A stretch of 64,000 nucleotides of DNA, from positions 12,483 to 76,482 of the forward strand of contig CAZPWA010000001.1 in the NCBI GenBank assembly GCA_964590665.1. The letters run 5' to 3'. Source of the DNA: Candidatus Micrarchaeota archaeon. GTDB taxonomy: Archaea; Micrarchaeota; Micrarchaeia; Anstonellales; Bilamarchaeaceae. The notes beneath the pieces are model-generated. The model did no database searches. It had not been told where the DNA came from and saw nothing but the letters and a program-made list of their open reading frames with translations. Below, piece after piece: positions 47,427 to 55,887 of the stretch (position 1 is the stretch's first letter; each line of letters opens with the position of its first letter). A program made the position numbers and the translations under genes.

Positions 47427-47669
47427 ATGGTGTCATCAGAAAGTTCAAGATTTGTCGCAAGTTCTGGTCCAACTGGTCCATCAATTGCATTTGAAGTTGC
47501 TCCCGGCGGGGTCGCTGCCAATTCTTCATTACTAAATTCGGTTTTGAAGATGTATTTTGTCGATAGGCTCTCAGTCCGAAAGATCGCCAAAGCTCTTGGT
47601 GTTTCCCACATGACTGTCTTTCGCATGCTAAGCGATCCAAAAGTTTTCGCCCGGGTTGGAATAAGATGA
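47427..47669 (+). CDS. Small helix-turn-helix protein (transposase-OrfA/resolvase-like HTH)
   Basis: 'LSVRKIAKALGVSHMTVFRMLS' matches the xIAxxLGVSxxTVxRwL HTH pattern. GAGGTG lies 8 nt upstream of ATG 47427. Sits in an otherwise low-coding ~1 kb region. Confidence 0.4.
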   Translation: MVSSESSRFVASSGPTGPSIAFEVAPGGVAANSSLLNSVLKMYFVDRLSVRKIAKALGVSHMTVFRMLSDPKVFARVGIR

Positions 47670-47935
47670 TAGGCAGAATACTTGTCTACTCCGGATACTT
47701 TTTGGTCGTTTTGACTTTATTTCTTTAATTTTTCTCTCCTTTTTCTATTGCTCTTATTTATAAATCTTTTTATTCAATATATGACAAGTTAAATGTTAGC
47801 TTTTAGACACCCTGGCGAGAAATTGCTACGGATCTGATTGCTGTTCTCGTCGTTTTTCACACTCAAACTGAAAAACGTCATACATTGTTTCGCGCTTTGT
47901 ATTTTAGAGAACTTGAATTGAATTGGTGATATTAC

Positions 47936-48226
47936 ATGGAAAACCAAAAGACTAAACCCAAAATTGCAACTAGGGGCGAAAGACTTCAAGGTATCGTCGT
48001 TAGTGCTAAGGCAAAATTGACTGCAGTTGTCGAAAGACCTACTGTTAAATTCTTCCCAAAATTCCAAAAATGGGCAGCAGGAAGATCTAAAATTACTGTT
48101 CACAACCCAACTGAACTAAATGCTAAAGTTGGTGATGTTGTTGAAATTTCGGAATGCCGAAAAATCAGTAAAACTAAGGCATGGATAATTACTCAAATAC
48201 TCCAAAAATCAGGTGAATCTTCATGA
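47936..48226 (+). CDS. rps17: 30S ribosomal protein S17 (uS17)
   Basis: 'GERLQGIVVSAKAKLTAVVER...KITVHNP...GDVVEISECRKISKTK'; 96 aa. Confidence 0.9.
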   Translation: MENQKTKPKIATRGERLQGIVVSAKAKLTAVVERPTVKFFPKFQKWAAGRSKITVHNPTELNAKVGDVVEISECRKISKTKAWIITQILQKSGESS

Positions 48227-48621
48227 AGGGATTAACAAGTAAAATTACAAAAACTCTGACTACCGGAACTATGATGGCATGTTCTGATAATAGTGGTGCA
48301 AAAGTAATCTATGTTATTGGTTCAACCCGATACAAAGGTACTAGATCCAAATACCCAAAAGTTGGTATTGGCGATGTAGTTATTGCATCAGTTAAAAAAG
48401 GAAAACCAGATATGGTCAAGAAAGTTGTTAAGGCCTTAATCGTTCGACAAAAGAAAGAATTTAGAAGACCAAATGGTGTTCGTGTTTTCTTTGAAGATAA
48501 TGCAGCGGTCTTAATTAATGATGATAACTTGCCTGTAGGTACCGAAATCAAAGGTGTCGTGGCAAGAGAAGTTGCCGAGAGATATCCAAAAGTTGCAGCA
48601 ATCTCTGCAGGTGTTGTATAA
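48223..48621 (+). CDS. rpl14: 50S ribosomal protein L14 (uL14)
   Basis: 'TMMACSDNSGAKVIYVIG...GIGDVVIASVKKG'; 132 aa; 4-nt overlap with rps17. Confidence 0.95.
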   Translation: MKGLTSKITKTLTTGTMMACSDNSGAKVIYVIGSTRYKGTRSKYPKVGIGDVVIASVKKGKPDMVKKVVKALIVRQKKEFRRPNGVRVFFEDNAAVLINDDNLPVGTEIKGVVAREVAERYPKVAAISAGVV

Positions 48622-49037
48622 TGAAATCCGATACAGAAAGAAAAAAGTTTTATACTGAAAAATTACACAAGAGAAAGAATAGGCTCCATGTTCACTTATC
48701 TAAGGACTTAAGATCAAAAATGAAAACCAAAAAGAGATCTCTTCTCCTTAGAAAGAATGATAAAGTCAAGATCATGAGAGGTCCTGAAAAAGGAAAAGAA
48801 GCAAAGGTCGTTAAAATCAACACAAAAGACCTTACTGTTCTTTTAGAAGGTGTTGTTGTAAAAACAATCCGAGGAAAAGAAGTTCCAATTCCAGTAAAAT
48901 CTTCCAATTTGCTCTTAGTTGGCTTGGATTCAACTCCCGAAAGATCAGAGCTTTTCAGTTCTGATGTCTTTAAGGCAGAAAAAACTCCAAAGGCTGAAAC
49001 TGCAAAACCAGAAGCAAAGAAAGAGGTAAAGAACTAG
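48621..49037 (+). CDS. rpl24: 50S ribosomal protein L24 (uL24)
   Basis: KOW motif 'KNDKVKIMRGPEKGKEAKVVKIN'; 138 aa. Confidence 0.9.
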   Translation: MKSDTERKKFYTEKLHKRKNRLHVHLSKDLRSKMKTKKRSLLLRKNDKVKIMRGPEKGKEAKVVKINTKDLTVLLEGVVVKTIRGKEVPIPVKSSNLLLVGLDSTPERSELFSSDVFKAEKTPKAETAKPEAKKEVKN

Positions 49038-49047
49038 GTGAATACTT

Positions 49048-49764
49048 ATGGCAAAACGAGGTTCAACAAATCACATGAAAAGACTTGCAACTCCAAAAGC
49101 AATCCCAATTGAAAATAAGAAGGAGAGCAAGTTCATTTCACGCGGAAGCAGTGGTCCACACTCAAGAAAGCAATCCGTCCCATTGGGCGTTCTTTTAAGA
49201 GATGTTTTAAAGATTGCAGAAACTTCTTCTGAAATAAAGAAGATTCTTTCTCAACGAAAGGTAAAGGTCGATCAAAAAGTCAGAACTGACTTTAGATTCC
49301 CTGTTGGTCTAATGGACTATCTTTCTTTTGATGGCGATTCAAGAATGTATAAGGTTATGGTTGATTCAAAAGGTCGACTTGCTCCTGTTTCTCTTGAAAA
49401 AGCTGCATCAACAAAGCTCCTTAAAGTTACCAATAAAAACGTCTTAAAAGGAGGCAAAGTTTCACTTACTTTCCATGATGGAAAAACCACTTTGGCAGAC
49501 AACAATGTCAAAGTCGGAGATTCAGTTCTCTTTTCCCTTGGCGACTCTAAACTTAAAAAAGTCTTGAAACTAGCAAACGGTTCAAGATGCTTGATTAGAG
49601 AAGGTAAGCATGCAGGTTCAATTGTCAAATTGAAGGAAATAATTCAAAGAGAAGGAGGCAAACCTTCTGAAGCAGTTGTTACTTCTGAAGATAAGAAGGA
49701 GGGCGAATTCATCACAGTCGCAAAATACTTGTTTGTTGTCGATGATGAATTTACTTTGGCATAG
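49048..49764 (+). CDS. rps4e: 30S ribosomal protein S4e
   Basis: 'GSTNHMKRLATPKAIPIENKK...SRGSSGPHS' S4e N-terminus and KOW-like region; 238 aa. Confidence 0.9.
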   Translation: MAKRGSTNHMKRLATPKAIPIENKKESKFISRGSSGPHSRKQSVPLGVLLRDVLKIAETSSEIKKILSQRKVKVDQKVRTDFRFPVGLMDYLSFDGDSRMYKVMVDSKGRLAPVSLEKAASTKLLKVTNKNVLKGGKVSLTFHDGKTTLADNNVKVGDSVLFSLGDSKLKKVLKLANGSRCLIREGKHAGSIVKLKEIIQREGGKPSEAVVTSEDKKEGEFITVAKYLFVVDDEFTLA

Positions 49765-49774
49765 GTGAAAAAAC

Positions 49775-50305
49775 ATGACTTCACAAACTTCAACTAATCC
49801 AATGAGAGAAATTCTCATTGAAAAAGTTACTGTAAACATTGGTGTTGGTGCACCTGGGGATAGATTGGAAAATGCAAAAGAACTTTTGCGAAGATTAACC
49901 AACAATCACGAACCAGTTGAAACCAAAGCAAGAAAAAGAGATCCTGTTTTCAAGTTAAGAAAGGGTCTTCCAATTGGTGCAAAGGTCACTCTTCGTGGTC
50001 CTGATGCAAAAACCTTTTTGGAAAAAGCACTCATCGCAAAAAGAAAACTTCTCAAAGCATCAAACTTTGATCGCAAAGGCGGAAATTTCGCTTTCGGTGT
50101 TCATGAATACATCGATTTCCCTGGCGCAAAGTATGATCCAACTTTGGGTATGTTTGGTTTTGATATTTGTGTTACTCTAACTAGACGAGGAAAAAGAGTT
50201 GGTATTAGAAGATTGTCTCCAACTCGGGTAGGCAAAAGCCACAAAATCACTTCTGCCGAAGCAATCGATTTCACAAAAGAGAAATTCGGTATCAAGGTAG
50301 AGTAA
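49775..50305 (+). CDS. rpl5: 50S ribosomal protein L5 (uL5)
   Basis: '[18 protein letters not shown]...', '[16 protein letters not shown]'; 176 aa. Confidence 0.9.
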   Translation: MTSQTSTNPMREILIEKVTVNIGVGAPGDRLENAKELLRRLTNNHEPVETKARKRDPVFKLRKGLPIGAKVTLRGPDAKTFLEKALIAKRKLLKASNFDRKGGNFAFGVHEYIDFPGAKYDPTLGMFGFDICVTLTRRGKRVGIRRLSPTRVGKSHKITSAEAIDFTKEKFGIKVE

Positions 50306-50321
50306 TTTTAAAGTGATTTTT

Positions 50322-50483
50322 ATGAAACTTCCAACTGAAGAAAAATACAAAGGAAAAGGAAAGCGGGTTTGCCGAAACTGCGGTAACTCTCGTGGTCTTA
50401 TTAGAAAATACAAACTTCTTGTTTGTCGAAGATGCTTTAGAGAAATGGCTGAAGCAATCGGATTTAGAAAATATGGAGGCTGA
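50322..50483 (+). CDS. rps14: 30S ribosomal protein S14 type Z (uS14, zinc-ribbon)
   Basis: Below the ORF-track size cut-off. Hand translation: [53 protein letters not shown] (53 aa), with the CxxC...CxxC zinc motif, in the conserved L5-S14-S8 position. Confidence 0.85.
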   Translation: MKLPTEEKYKGKGKRVCRNCGNSRGLIRKYKLLVCRRCFREMAEAIGFRKYGG

Positions 50484-50487
50484 TGTA

Positions 50488-50871
50488 ATGACTGATCATT
50501 TAGCTAATGCATTAAACACATTAAAAACTCACGAAATGGCTGGACAAGGCGCATGCTCTGTCAAGGCAACCAAACTAATTGGCGAAGTCTTAAGAGTATT
50601 GAAAGAAAATCAATATCTCTCCCAATACAAGTTGGTTGAAGATGGAAAAGGCGGAACCTTTGAAGTTGTTTTGGATGGTAGAATAAATGACTGCGGTGTA
50701 ATTAAACCAAGAATGCCAGTTAAAAGAACTGACTGGGCAAAGAAGGAGCAGCAGTTTATTCCAGGTTTCGGAGTAGGTCTTTTGATCGTTTCAACTCCAA
50801 ATGGAATTATGACTAATTCCGATGCAGAGAAGAACCACGTAGGTGGCAGACTTCTTGCATACGTTTACTGA
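50488..50871 (+). CDS. rps8: 30S ribosomal protein S8 (uS8)
   Basis: 'MTDHLANALNTLKTHEMAG...', C-terminal 'NHVGGRLLAYVY'. Start at ATG 50488; the ORF-track GTG 50392 overlaps rps14. Confidence 0.9.
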   Translation: MTDHLANALNTLKTHEMAGQGACSVKATKLIGEVLRVLKENQYLSQYKLVEDGKGGTFEVVLDGRINDCGVIKPRMPVKRTDWAKKEQQFIPGFGVGLLIVSTPNGIMTNSDAEKNHVGGRLLAYVY

Positions 50872-50881
50872 GGTTATTTCG

Positions 50882-51373
50882 ATGATGCAAGTCCCAAACG
50901 GAGTTACTGTTAAAGTCGAAGGTAAAACTCTTTCAATTAAAGGAGCAAAGGGCGAAGTCAAAAAACAAATCCCTGTTTCAGTTGCTATTGAAGCTTCAGC
51001 AAACTCAGTGAATGTTAAAAGCGAAAATCCGGCAATGGTTGGAACATTCGAAGCTCTAATCAAATCCGCATTCTTTGGCGTTACTCAAGGCTACAAATTA
51101 AACCTTAAGATGCTTCATGCACACTTTCCAATTTCCCTTGAAGTCAAAGGTTCTGATTTAACGATCAAGAACTTTTTGGGCGAAAAACAACCAAGAAAAA
51201 CTGTTTTGATTGGAAGTACCAAAGTTGAAGTTAAGGGTCAAAACGTTACAATTTCCGGTGCAGACAAAGAAGCTGTTGGTCAAACTCTTGCAAATATTAG
51301 AACTGCAATGAGAATCAAAGACAAGGATGGCCGTGTCTTCCAGGATGGAATTTACGAGGTTGCAGGTGAATAA
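50882..51373 (+). CDS. rpl6: 50S ribosomal protein L6 (uL6)
   Basis: 'MMQVPNGVTVKVEGKTLSIKGAKGEV' and duplicated alpha/beta domains. Start at ATG 50882; the ORF-track GTG 50843 lies inside rps8. Confidence 0.9.
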   Translation: MMQVPNGVTVKVEGKTLSIKGAKGEVKKQIPVSVAIEASANSVNVKSENPAMVGTFEALIKSAFFGVTQGYKLNLKMLHAHFPISLEVKGSDLTIKNFLGEKQPRKTVLIGSTKVEVKGQNVTISGADKEAVGQTLANIRTAMRIKDKDGRVFQDGIYEVAGE

Positions 51374-51375
51374 TT

Positions 51376-51729
51376 ATGGTAATTGCAAAAAAGAAAAAAC
51401 CAAAGTTCAGCCCACTCAATTTGGGTTTCTTTAAAAGTGTTAAAGCCCGTTGGAGAAGACCACGTGGAACTCACAATAAAAAGAGAATGAAGTTCAAATG
51501 GACTGGCAAAATGCCAAATGTGGGTTACAAAAACGCATCTGCAGTTCGCGGACTTCACCCAAAGGGTCATGTTGAAAAATTAGTTAGGAATATGGCAGAT
51601 TTACTATCTCTTGAAAGCGTCAAGAATACTCTAGTTCGTGTTTCTGCGAATTTGGGTGCTAAAAAGAGAAAGGAAATTGAAGCTAAGGCCAAGTCTATGA
51701 ACTTGAAAGTCGTTAATTCCAAGTTTTAG
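51376..51729 (+). CDS. rpl32e: 50S ribosomal protein L32e
   Basis: 'KARWRRPRGTHNKKRMKFKW...GYKNASAVRGLHP'; 117 aa. Confidence 0.9.
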   Translation: MVIAKKKKPKFSPLNLGFFKSVKARWRRPRGTHNKKRMKFKWTGKMPNVGYKNASAVRGLHPKGHVEKLVRNMADLLSLESVKNTLVRVSANLGAKKRKEIEAKAKSMNLKVVNSKF

Positions 51730-51738
51730 GTGTTGCTC

Positions 51739-52227
51739 ATGAGTATGGAAACAGTAAGAAGACTTGCGGCAGACATTATGAACGTCGGTCAAAATCGAGT
51801 AAGAATTTCTCCAGATGGGGCAAAAGATGCTCTTGGTGCATTAACTAGAACTGATGTTAGATCATTAATTGAAAAGGGACTAATTACAAAAGTTCCTGTT
51901 ATTGGTCGTGCAAGTTCAAGAAAAAGAAGCTCTCGTGGAAGAGGCCGGGTAAGAAATGCTCGAGTTTCTGAAAAAGAGTTGTGGATGCAAAAAATTAGAT
52001 CCCAAAGAAAGCTTTTGTTCGACCTTCTTGAAAAAGGAGTAGTTCCAAAATCTGAAAAATGGGTTCTTTATGGAAAAGTTAAAAGTGGAATCTTCAAGAA
52101 CAAGAGAGGTTTCCTTTTGTACTTAAGTGATAATAAATTGCTTCCAAAGGATTTTGTTTACGAGAAAGGGGCAAAGACTCCAGAAAAATCACAAAAGCCA
52201 AAAGCAAAAAAAGGTGAAAAGAAATGA
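51739..52227 (+). CDS. rpl19e: 50S ribosomal protein L19e
   Basis: 'VRRLAADIMNVGQNRVRISPDG'. The ORF-track start 51730 is GTG; the first ATG is 51739. Confidence 0.9.
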   Translation: MSMETVRRLAADIMNVGQNRVRISPDGAKDALGALTRTDVRSLIEKGLITKVPVIGRASSRKRSSRGRGRVRNARVSEKELWMQKIRSQRKLLFDLLEKGVVPKSEKWVLYGKVKSGIFKNKRGFLLYLSDNKLLPKDFVYEKGAKTPEKSQKPKAKKGEKK

Positions 52228-52721
52228 CTAGAGCAAAAAGTCCTGCATATCGCGTTCAATACCGAAGAAGATTGAGCGGAAAAACCAATTATGCAAATCG
52301 TTTGGCCCTTGTTAAAAGCGGTCAAACCAGAATGGTTATCCGAAGAAGCAATTCTCATGTGATCGTTCAGTTTGTTGATTTTGCAGAAGTTGGTGATAAA
52401 ACAATTTCTTCATACACAACTGGTCAATTAATTAAGGCACACAAATTCCCTGCAAAGAGAAATGCTTGGAGTGCTTATTTAGTTGGTCTTGTTGCAGCAC
52501 ATGCAGCAAAGAAAAAGGGAGTTAAGTCCTTTGTTTTGGATTTGGGAATGTATTCTCCATCCAAGGGTTCAACTCTTTTTGCAGCACTTAAAGGTGCACT
52601 TGATGCTGGTTTAGATGGTCCAGTTCCAGAAGAAAAAATTCCTTCTGAAAAACTTGCAAACCCACCAGAATCAATTAAGTCCAGCTTCGAGACTCTAAAG
52701 AAGAAGCTCGTTTCAGGGTGA
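52224..52721 (+). CDS. rpl18: 50S ribosomal protein L18 (uL18)
   Basis: 'YRVQYRRRLSGKTNYANRLALV...RMVIRRSNSHVIVQF'; 165 aa. Confidence 0.9.
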   Translation: MTRAKSPAYRVQYRRRLSGKTNYANRLALVKSGQTRMVIRRSNSHVIVQFVDFAEVGDKTISSYTTGQLIKAHKFPAKRNAWSAYLVGLVAAHAAKKKGVKSFVLDLGMYSPSKGSTLFAALKGALDAGLDGPVPEEKIPSEKLANPPESIKSSFETLKKKLVSG

Positions 52722-53353
52722 TACTTATGGCAGAAAAACTAAAGAGTGTTAGCAAGGAATTCTGGGAACCAAAAACCATAATCGGTAAAAAAGTCAAGGC
52801 TGGAGAAATTACTTCTCTTGATGAAATCATTGAATCAGGAAAGCCAATTTTGGAACCTGAAATCGTTGATGTTTTACTTGGCGAATTGGAAATTGAAACC
52901 CTTCAAATTAAAAGTACACAGAGAGTAACTGATTCGGGTAAAAGAACAAAATTCCGAGTAGTTGCTGTTGTTGGCGATAAAAAAGGTCACGTTGGAATTG
53001 GTGTTGGAAAATCCGATGAACTTAAGCCTGCTCTTGATTATGCGGCAAAAGATGCTAAAAAACACATGATCTCCGTTCGATTTGGATGCGGTTCATGGGA
53101 ATGCAAGTGCCAATTCAAGCATTCTGTTCCATCAAAATCTGTTGGCAAGGAAGGAAGTACAATTATTTTCCTCAATCCTGCTCCAAGAGGTCTTGGTCTA
53201 GCATCAAATGGCGTTGTTAAAAAGGTTCTTGGCATTGCTGGCGTCAAAGATATTTGGAGCGGCATGCAAGGCGGAAAGAACATTTACAACATGGCAGTTG
53301 CCACAATTAAGGCTCTTGATGGTTTAAGCACACTTAAGCCAAGAGCTCAATGA
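52718..53353 (+). CDS. rps5: 30S ribosomal protein S5 (uS5)
   Basis: 'RVTDSGKRTKFRVVAVVGDKKGHVGIGVGKS' dsRBD, then the S5 C-terminal domain; 211 aa. Confidence 0.9.
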   Translation: MILMAEKLKSVSKEFWEPKTIIGKKVKAGEITSLDEIIESGKPILEPEIVDVLLGELEIETLQIKSTQRVTDSGKRTKFRVVAVVGDKKGHVGIGVGKSDELKPALDYAAKDAKKHMISVRFGCGSWECKCQFKHSVPSKSVGKEGSTIIFLNPAPRGLGLASNGVVKKVLGIAGVKDIWSGMQGGKNIYNMAVATIKALDGLSTLKPRAQ

Positions 53354-53363
53354 GATGATTTTG

Positions 53364-53795
53364 ATGAAAATTGCAGTTGTTAGAGTAAGGGGAATTAGAA
53401 AGGTCAGACCGGAAGTAGAAAAAACCTTCGAGTATTTGAACCTTGAAAAACCAAACCACTGTGTCATTATTGATGACACTCCTATGAATATGGGTATGGT
53501 TATGATGGTCAAAGACTACGTGACTTATGGTCCAATTTCTGAAGATGTCCTCTTTTCTCTCGTTCTTAAAAAAGGCGAAAAGGGAAGCAGTCTCTTAAAA
53601 GAATCAATGGATGAGGCAGCAATAAAGAAGCTCTCAAAAGAAATCTTTTCTGGAAAGAAAGTTTCTGAATTTGCAAATTCAACCTTCAGATTAAGGCCCC
53701 CATCCAAAGGATACAAAAACACCAAGAAAACTTACCCAATGGGAGATCTTGGAAAACGGGATGAAATGGATTCCTTGATTAAGAGGATGATTTAA
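53364..53795 (+). CDS. rpl30: 50S ribosomal protein L30 (uL30)
   Basis: 'MKIAVVRVRGIRKVRPEVEKTFEYLNL'. ATG 53364 chosen over 53355. Confidence 0.9.
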   Translation: MKIAVVRVRGIRKVRPEVEKTFEYLNLEKPNHCVIIDDTPMNMGMVMMVKDYVTYGPISEDVLFSLVLKKGEKGSSLLKESMDEAAIKKLSKEIFSGKKVSEFANSTFRLRPPSKGYKNTKKTYPMGDLGKRDEMDSLIKRMI

Positions 53796-53809
53796 AGAGG
53801 TTTATTCTT

Positions 53810-54250
53810 ATGAGCAGAAGAAAACAAGGTCAAAAGAAAGGCTATCTTGGCCACAGAAGCCACGGTCGTGGAAACGTAAAGAACCGAAGAGGTTCTGGTA
53901 ATCGTGGTGGTCGAGGTATGGCAGGTATCGATAAACACAAGTGGTCTTGGGCAATGAAAAATGAACCTGACTACTTTGGTAAAAATCGATTTGTCAGACC
54001 TCAGGGAACTCAAAGAGTTGTTGAAAAAATCAACCTCTATGAAATTAATCAAAGAGCTCTCAAAAACACTCTTGAAAAGAAAAACGGAAAAGCTGTTTTC
54101 ACTTTCGAGGGAAAAATTCTTGGCTCTGGTGTAATTTCAGTTCCTGTTGAAATTCATGCACACTCCTGGAGTAAAAGTGTTGAAGAAAAACTCAAGGCAG
54201 TTGGCGGAAGCATCAGCAAGATTCCAGTTTCCAAAAAATCCAATAACTAA
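53810..54250 (+). CDS. rpl15: 50S ribosomal protein L15 (uL15)
   Basis: Gly/Arg-rich N-terminus 'GHRSHGRGNVKNRRGSGNRGGRGMAG'; 146 aa. Confidence 0.9.
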   Translation: MSRRKQGQKKGYLGHRSHGRGNVKNRRGSGNRGGRGMAGIDKHKWSWAMKNEPDYFGKNRFVRPQGTQRVVEKINLYEINQRALKNTLEKKNGKAVFTFEGKILGSGVISVPVEIHAHSWSKSVEEKLKAVGGSISKIPVSKKSNN

Positions 54251-54352
54251 TTTTTTTATATCTTTTTAGATTTTTATTTTCAATATCTTTATAAATATCA
54301 ATTGGTTTAACATTTGATAATATTTGAATTGCTTTTTTAATGGTGAATCATA

Positions 54353-55861
54353 ATGGATATATTGTCAGTTTTGCAAGGATTTTCAAAATTTTTGCCTCAA
54401 GTAAAGGCACCCGAAAAGCCTCTTGGTATTAAAGATAAATTATTCTGGACTGTAATTTCCTTAGTTGTCTTTTTCATGATGTACAATACTACTGCAATTG
54501 GTGTTCGTCATGATTTTGCCACTTTGGATTTCCTTCAAACAATTACGGCTTCTAGAATTGGTTCTCTTTTGACTGCCGGTATCGGTCCAATTGTTTTGGC
54601 CGGTATCTTTCTCCAATTATTTTCCGGTGCTGGGATAATCAAAGTTGATCTTAAGGATAAAAACGATCGACAAAAATTCCAGGATTCACAAAAAGTTCTG
54701 GCAATAATTCTTGCATTTGCTGAAGCATTGATTTTCGTTTATGGAGGGCGAACGCCTTTAGTTCCAATTTTTTCCTCAATGGGAGATGCTATTGATCCTG
54801 CAACTGGAATTGCAACTGTCGCAACTGCTCCAATTACTGCGCTTTTAGTTATTTTGCAAATTGCATTGGGTTCTATTTTGGTTCTCTACTTAGATGAACT
54901 TATGAACAAATATGGAATTGGAAGCGGAATTTCTCTCTTCATTGCAGCTGGTGTTTCTCTCACTATTTTAAGCGGGAGTGCTGAACTTTTATTTGGTTCT
55001 GCAACCAACAGCGTTTTGAAAATAGTTTCCTCCGGCGGTGCTGATGCATTACCCTCAGCGCTTTTAACTATGCTTCCGTTTTGGTTCACAATAATTGTTT
55101 TCTTAATTTGCGTCTATGCAGAATCCTTGAAAGTGGAAATCCCTCTTTCTTACGAAAGTGTTAGGGGTATGGTTCCAAAACTACCCTTAAAATTCTTCTA
55201 TGTTTCAAATATCCCAGTTATTTTTGCAAGTGCTCTGATTTTGAATGTGCAGCTTTTTGCAGGTTCTGTTTTGGTTCCAATGTATTACGAAGATGGAATT
55301 TCAAAATATGACTTTTCTGCAGGCTATTCATTTGATAAGCATGGAATTTTGCCAATTATTGCACATGTTGCACCAAACGGCGCAATTGATGATGGAATTC
55401 TTTCCTTCATTTCTCCTCCATTTGGCCGAAATATCTTCTTAAGCTTCAATCAAATAAGTCCTATCTTCCACATCCCCTTCTGGGTTCATGGTTTGATATA
55501 CGTTGTATTCCTTGCCCTTTTTGCAGTAATGTTTGGTTTGTTTTGGGTTGAAGTTGCTGGGATGGATGCAAAATCCATGAGTGGTCAATTAACCGGTTCT
55601 GGTTTCCAAATTCCTGGTTTTAGACGAGATCCAAGAATGCTTGAGCAGGTATTAAACAAAAACATTTTCCCTCTTACTGTGATTGGTTCATTCACTGTTG
55701 GCCTTTTGGCTGGTTTTGCTGATTTAACTGGTGCGCTTGGTACTGGAACTGGAATTTTGCTTACTGTGGGTATTTTACACAAGATGTATGAAGATTTGGA
55801 AAAACAAAAAATCTTTGAAATGTATCCAAGCATAACTTCCTTTATGGGAAAAAGTGAATAA
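54353..55861 (+). CDS. secY: Preprotein translocase subunit SecY
   Basis: 10-TM protein with an archaeal SecY/Sec61alpha-like N-terminus (plug/TM2 region); 502 aa; conserved position after rpl15. Confidence 0.9.
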   Translation: MDILSVLQGFSKFLPQVKAPEKPLGIKDKLFWTVISLVVFFMMYNTTAIGVRHDFATLDFLQTITASRIGSLLTAGIGPIVLAGIFLQLFSGAGIIKVDLKDKNDRQKFQDSQKVLAIILAFAEALIFVYGGRTPLVPIFSSMGDAIDPATGIATVATAPITALLVILQIALGSILVLYLDELMNKYGIGSGISLFIAAGVSLTILSGSAELLFGSATNSVLKIVSSGGADALPSALLTMLPFWFTIIVFLICVYAESLKVEIPLSYESVRGMVPKLPLKFFYVSNIPVIFASALILNVQLFAGSVLVPMYYEDGISKYDFSAGYSFDKHGILPIIAHVAPNGAIDDGILSFISPPFGRNIFLSFNQISPIFHIPFWVHGLIYVVFLALFAVMFGLFWVEVAGMDAKSMSGQLTGSGFQIPGFRRDPRMLEQVLNKNIFPLTVIGSFTVGLLAGFADLTGALGTGTGILLTVGILHKMYEDLEKQKIFEMYPSITSFMGKSE

Positions 55862-55887
55862 TTTTTTATTTTTATTAATTTCTTTTT

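Noticed and set aside
47284-47640. Overlapping minus-strand ORFs (118/105/81 aa) in the S17-upstream junction region
   Set aside because: No motifs and mutually overlapping. The plus-strand HTH mini-ORF with a Shine-Dalgarno sequence is more convincing. The region may be largely non-coding.
47427-47669. Calling the junction region an insertion-sequence/mobile element
   Set aside because: Only an HTH is present. There is no DDE or serine-recombinase catalytic domain and I could see no terminal inverted repeats. Reported as a finding rather than as a mobile_element feature.
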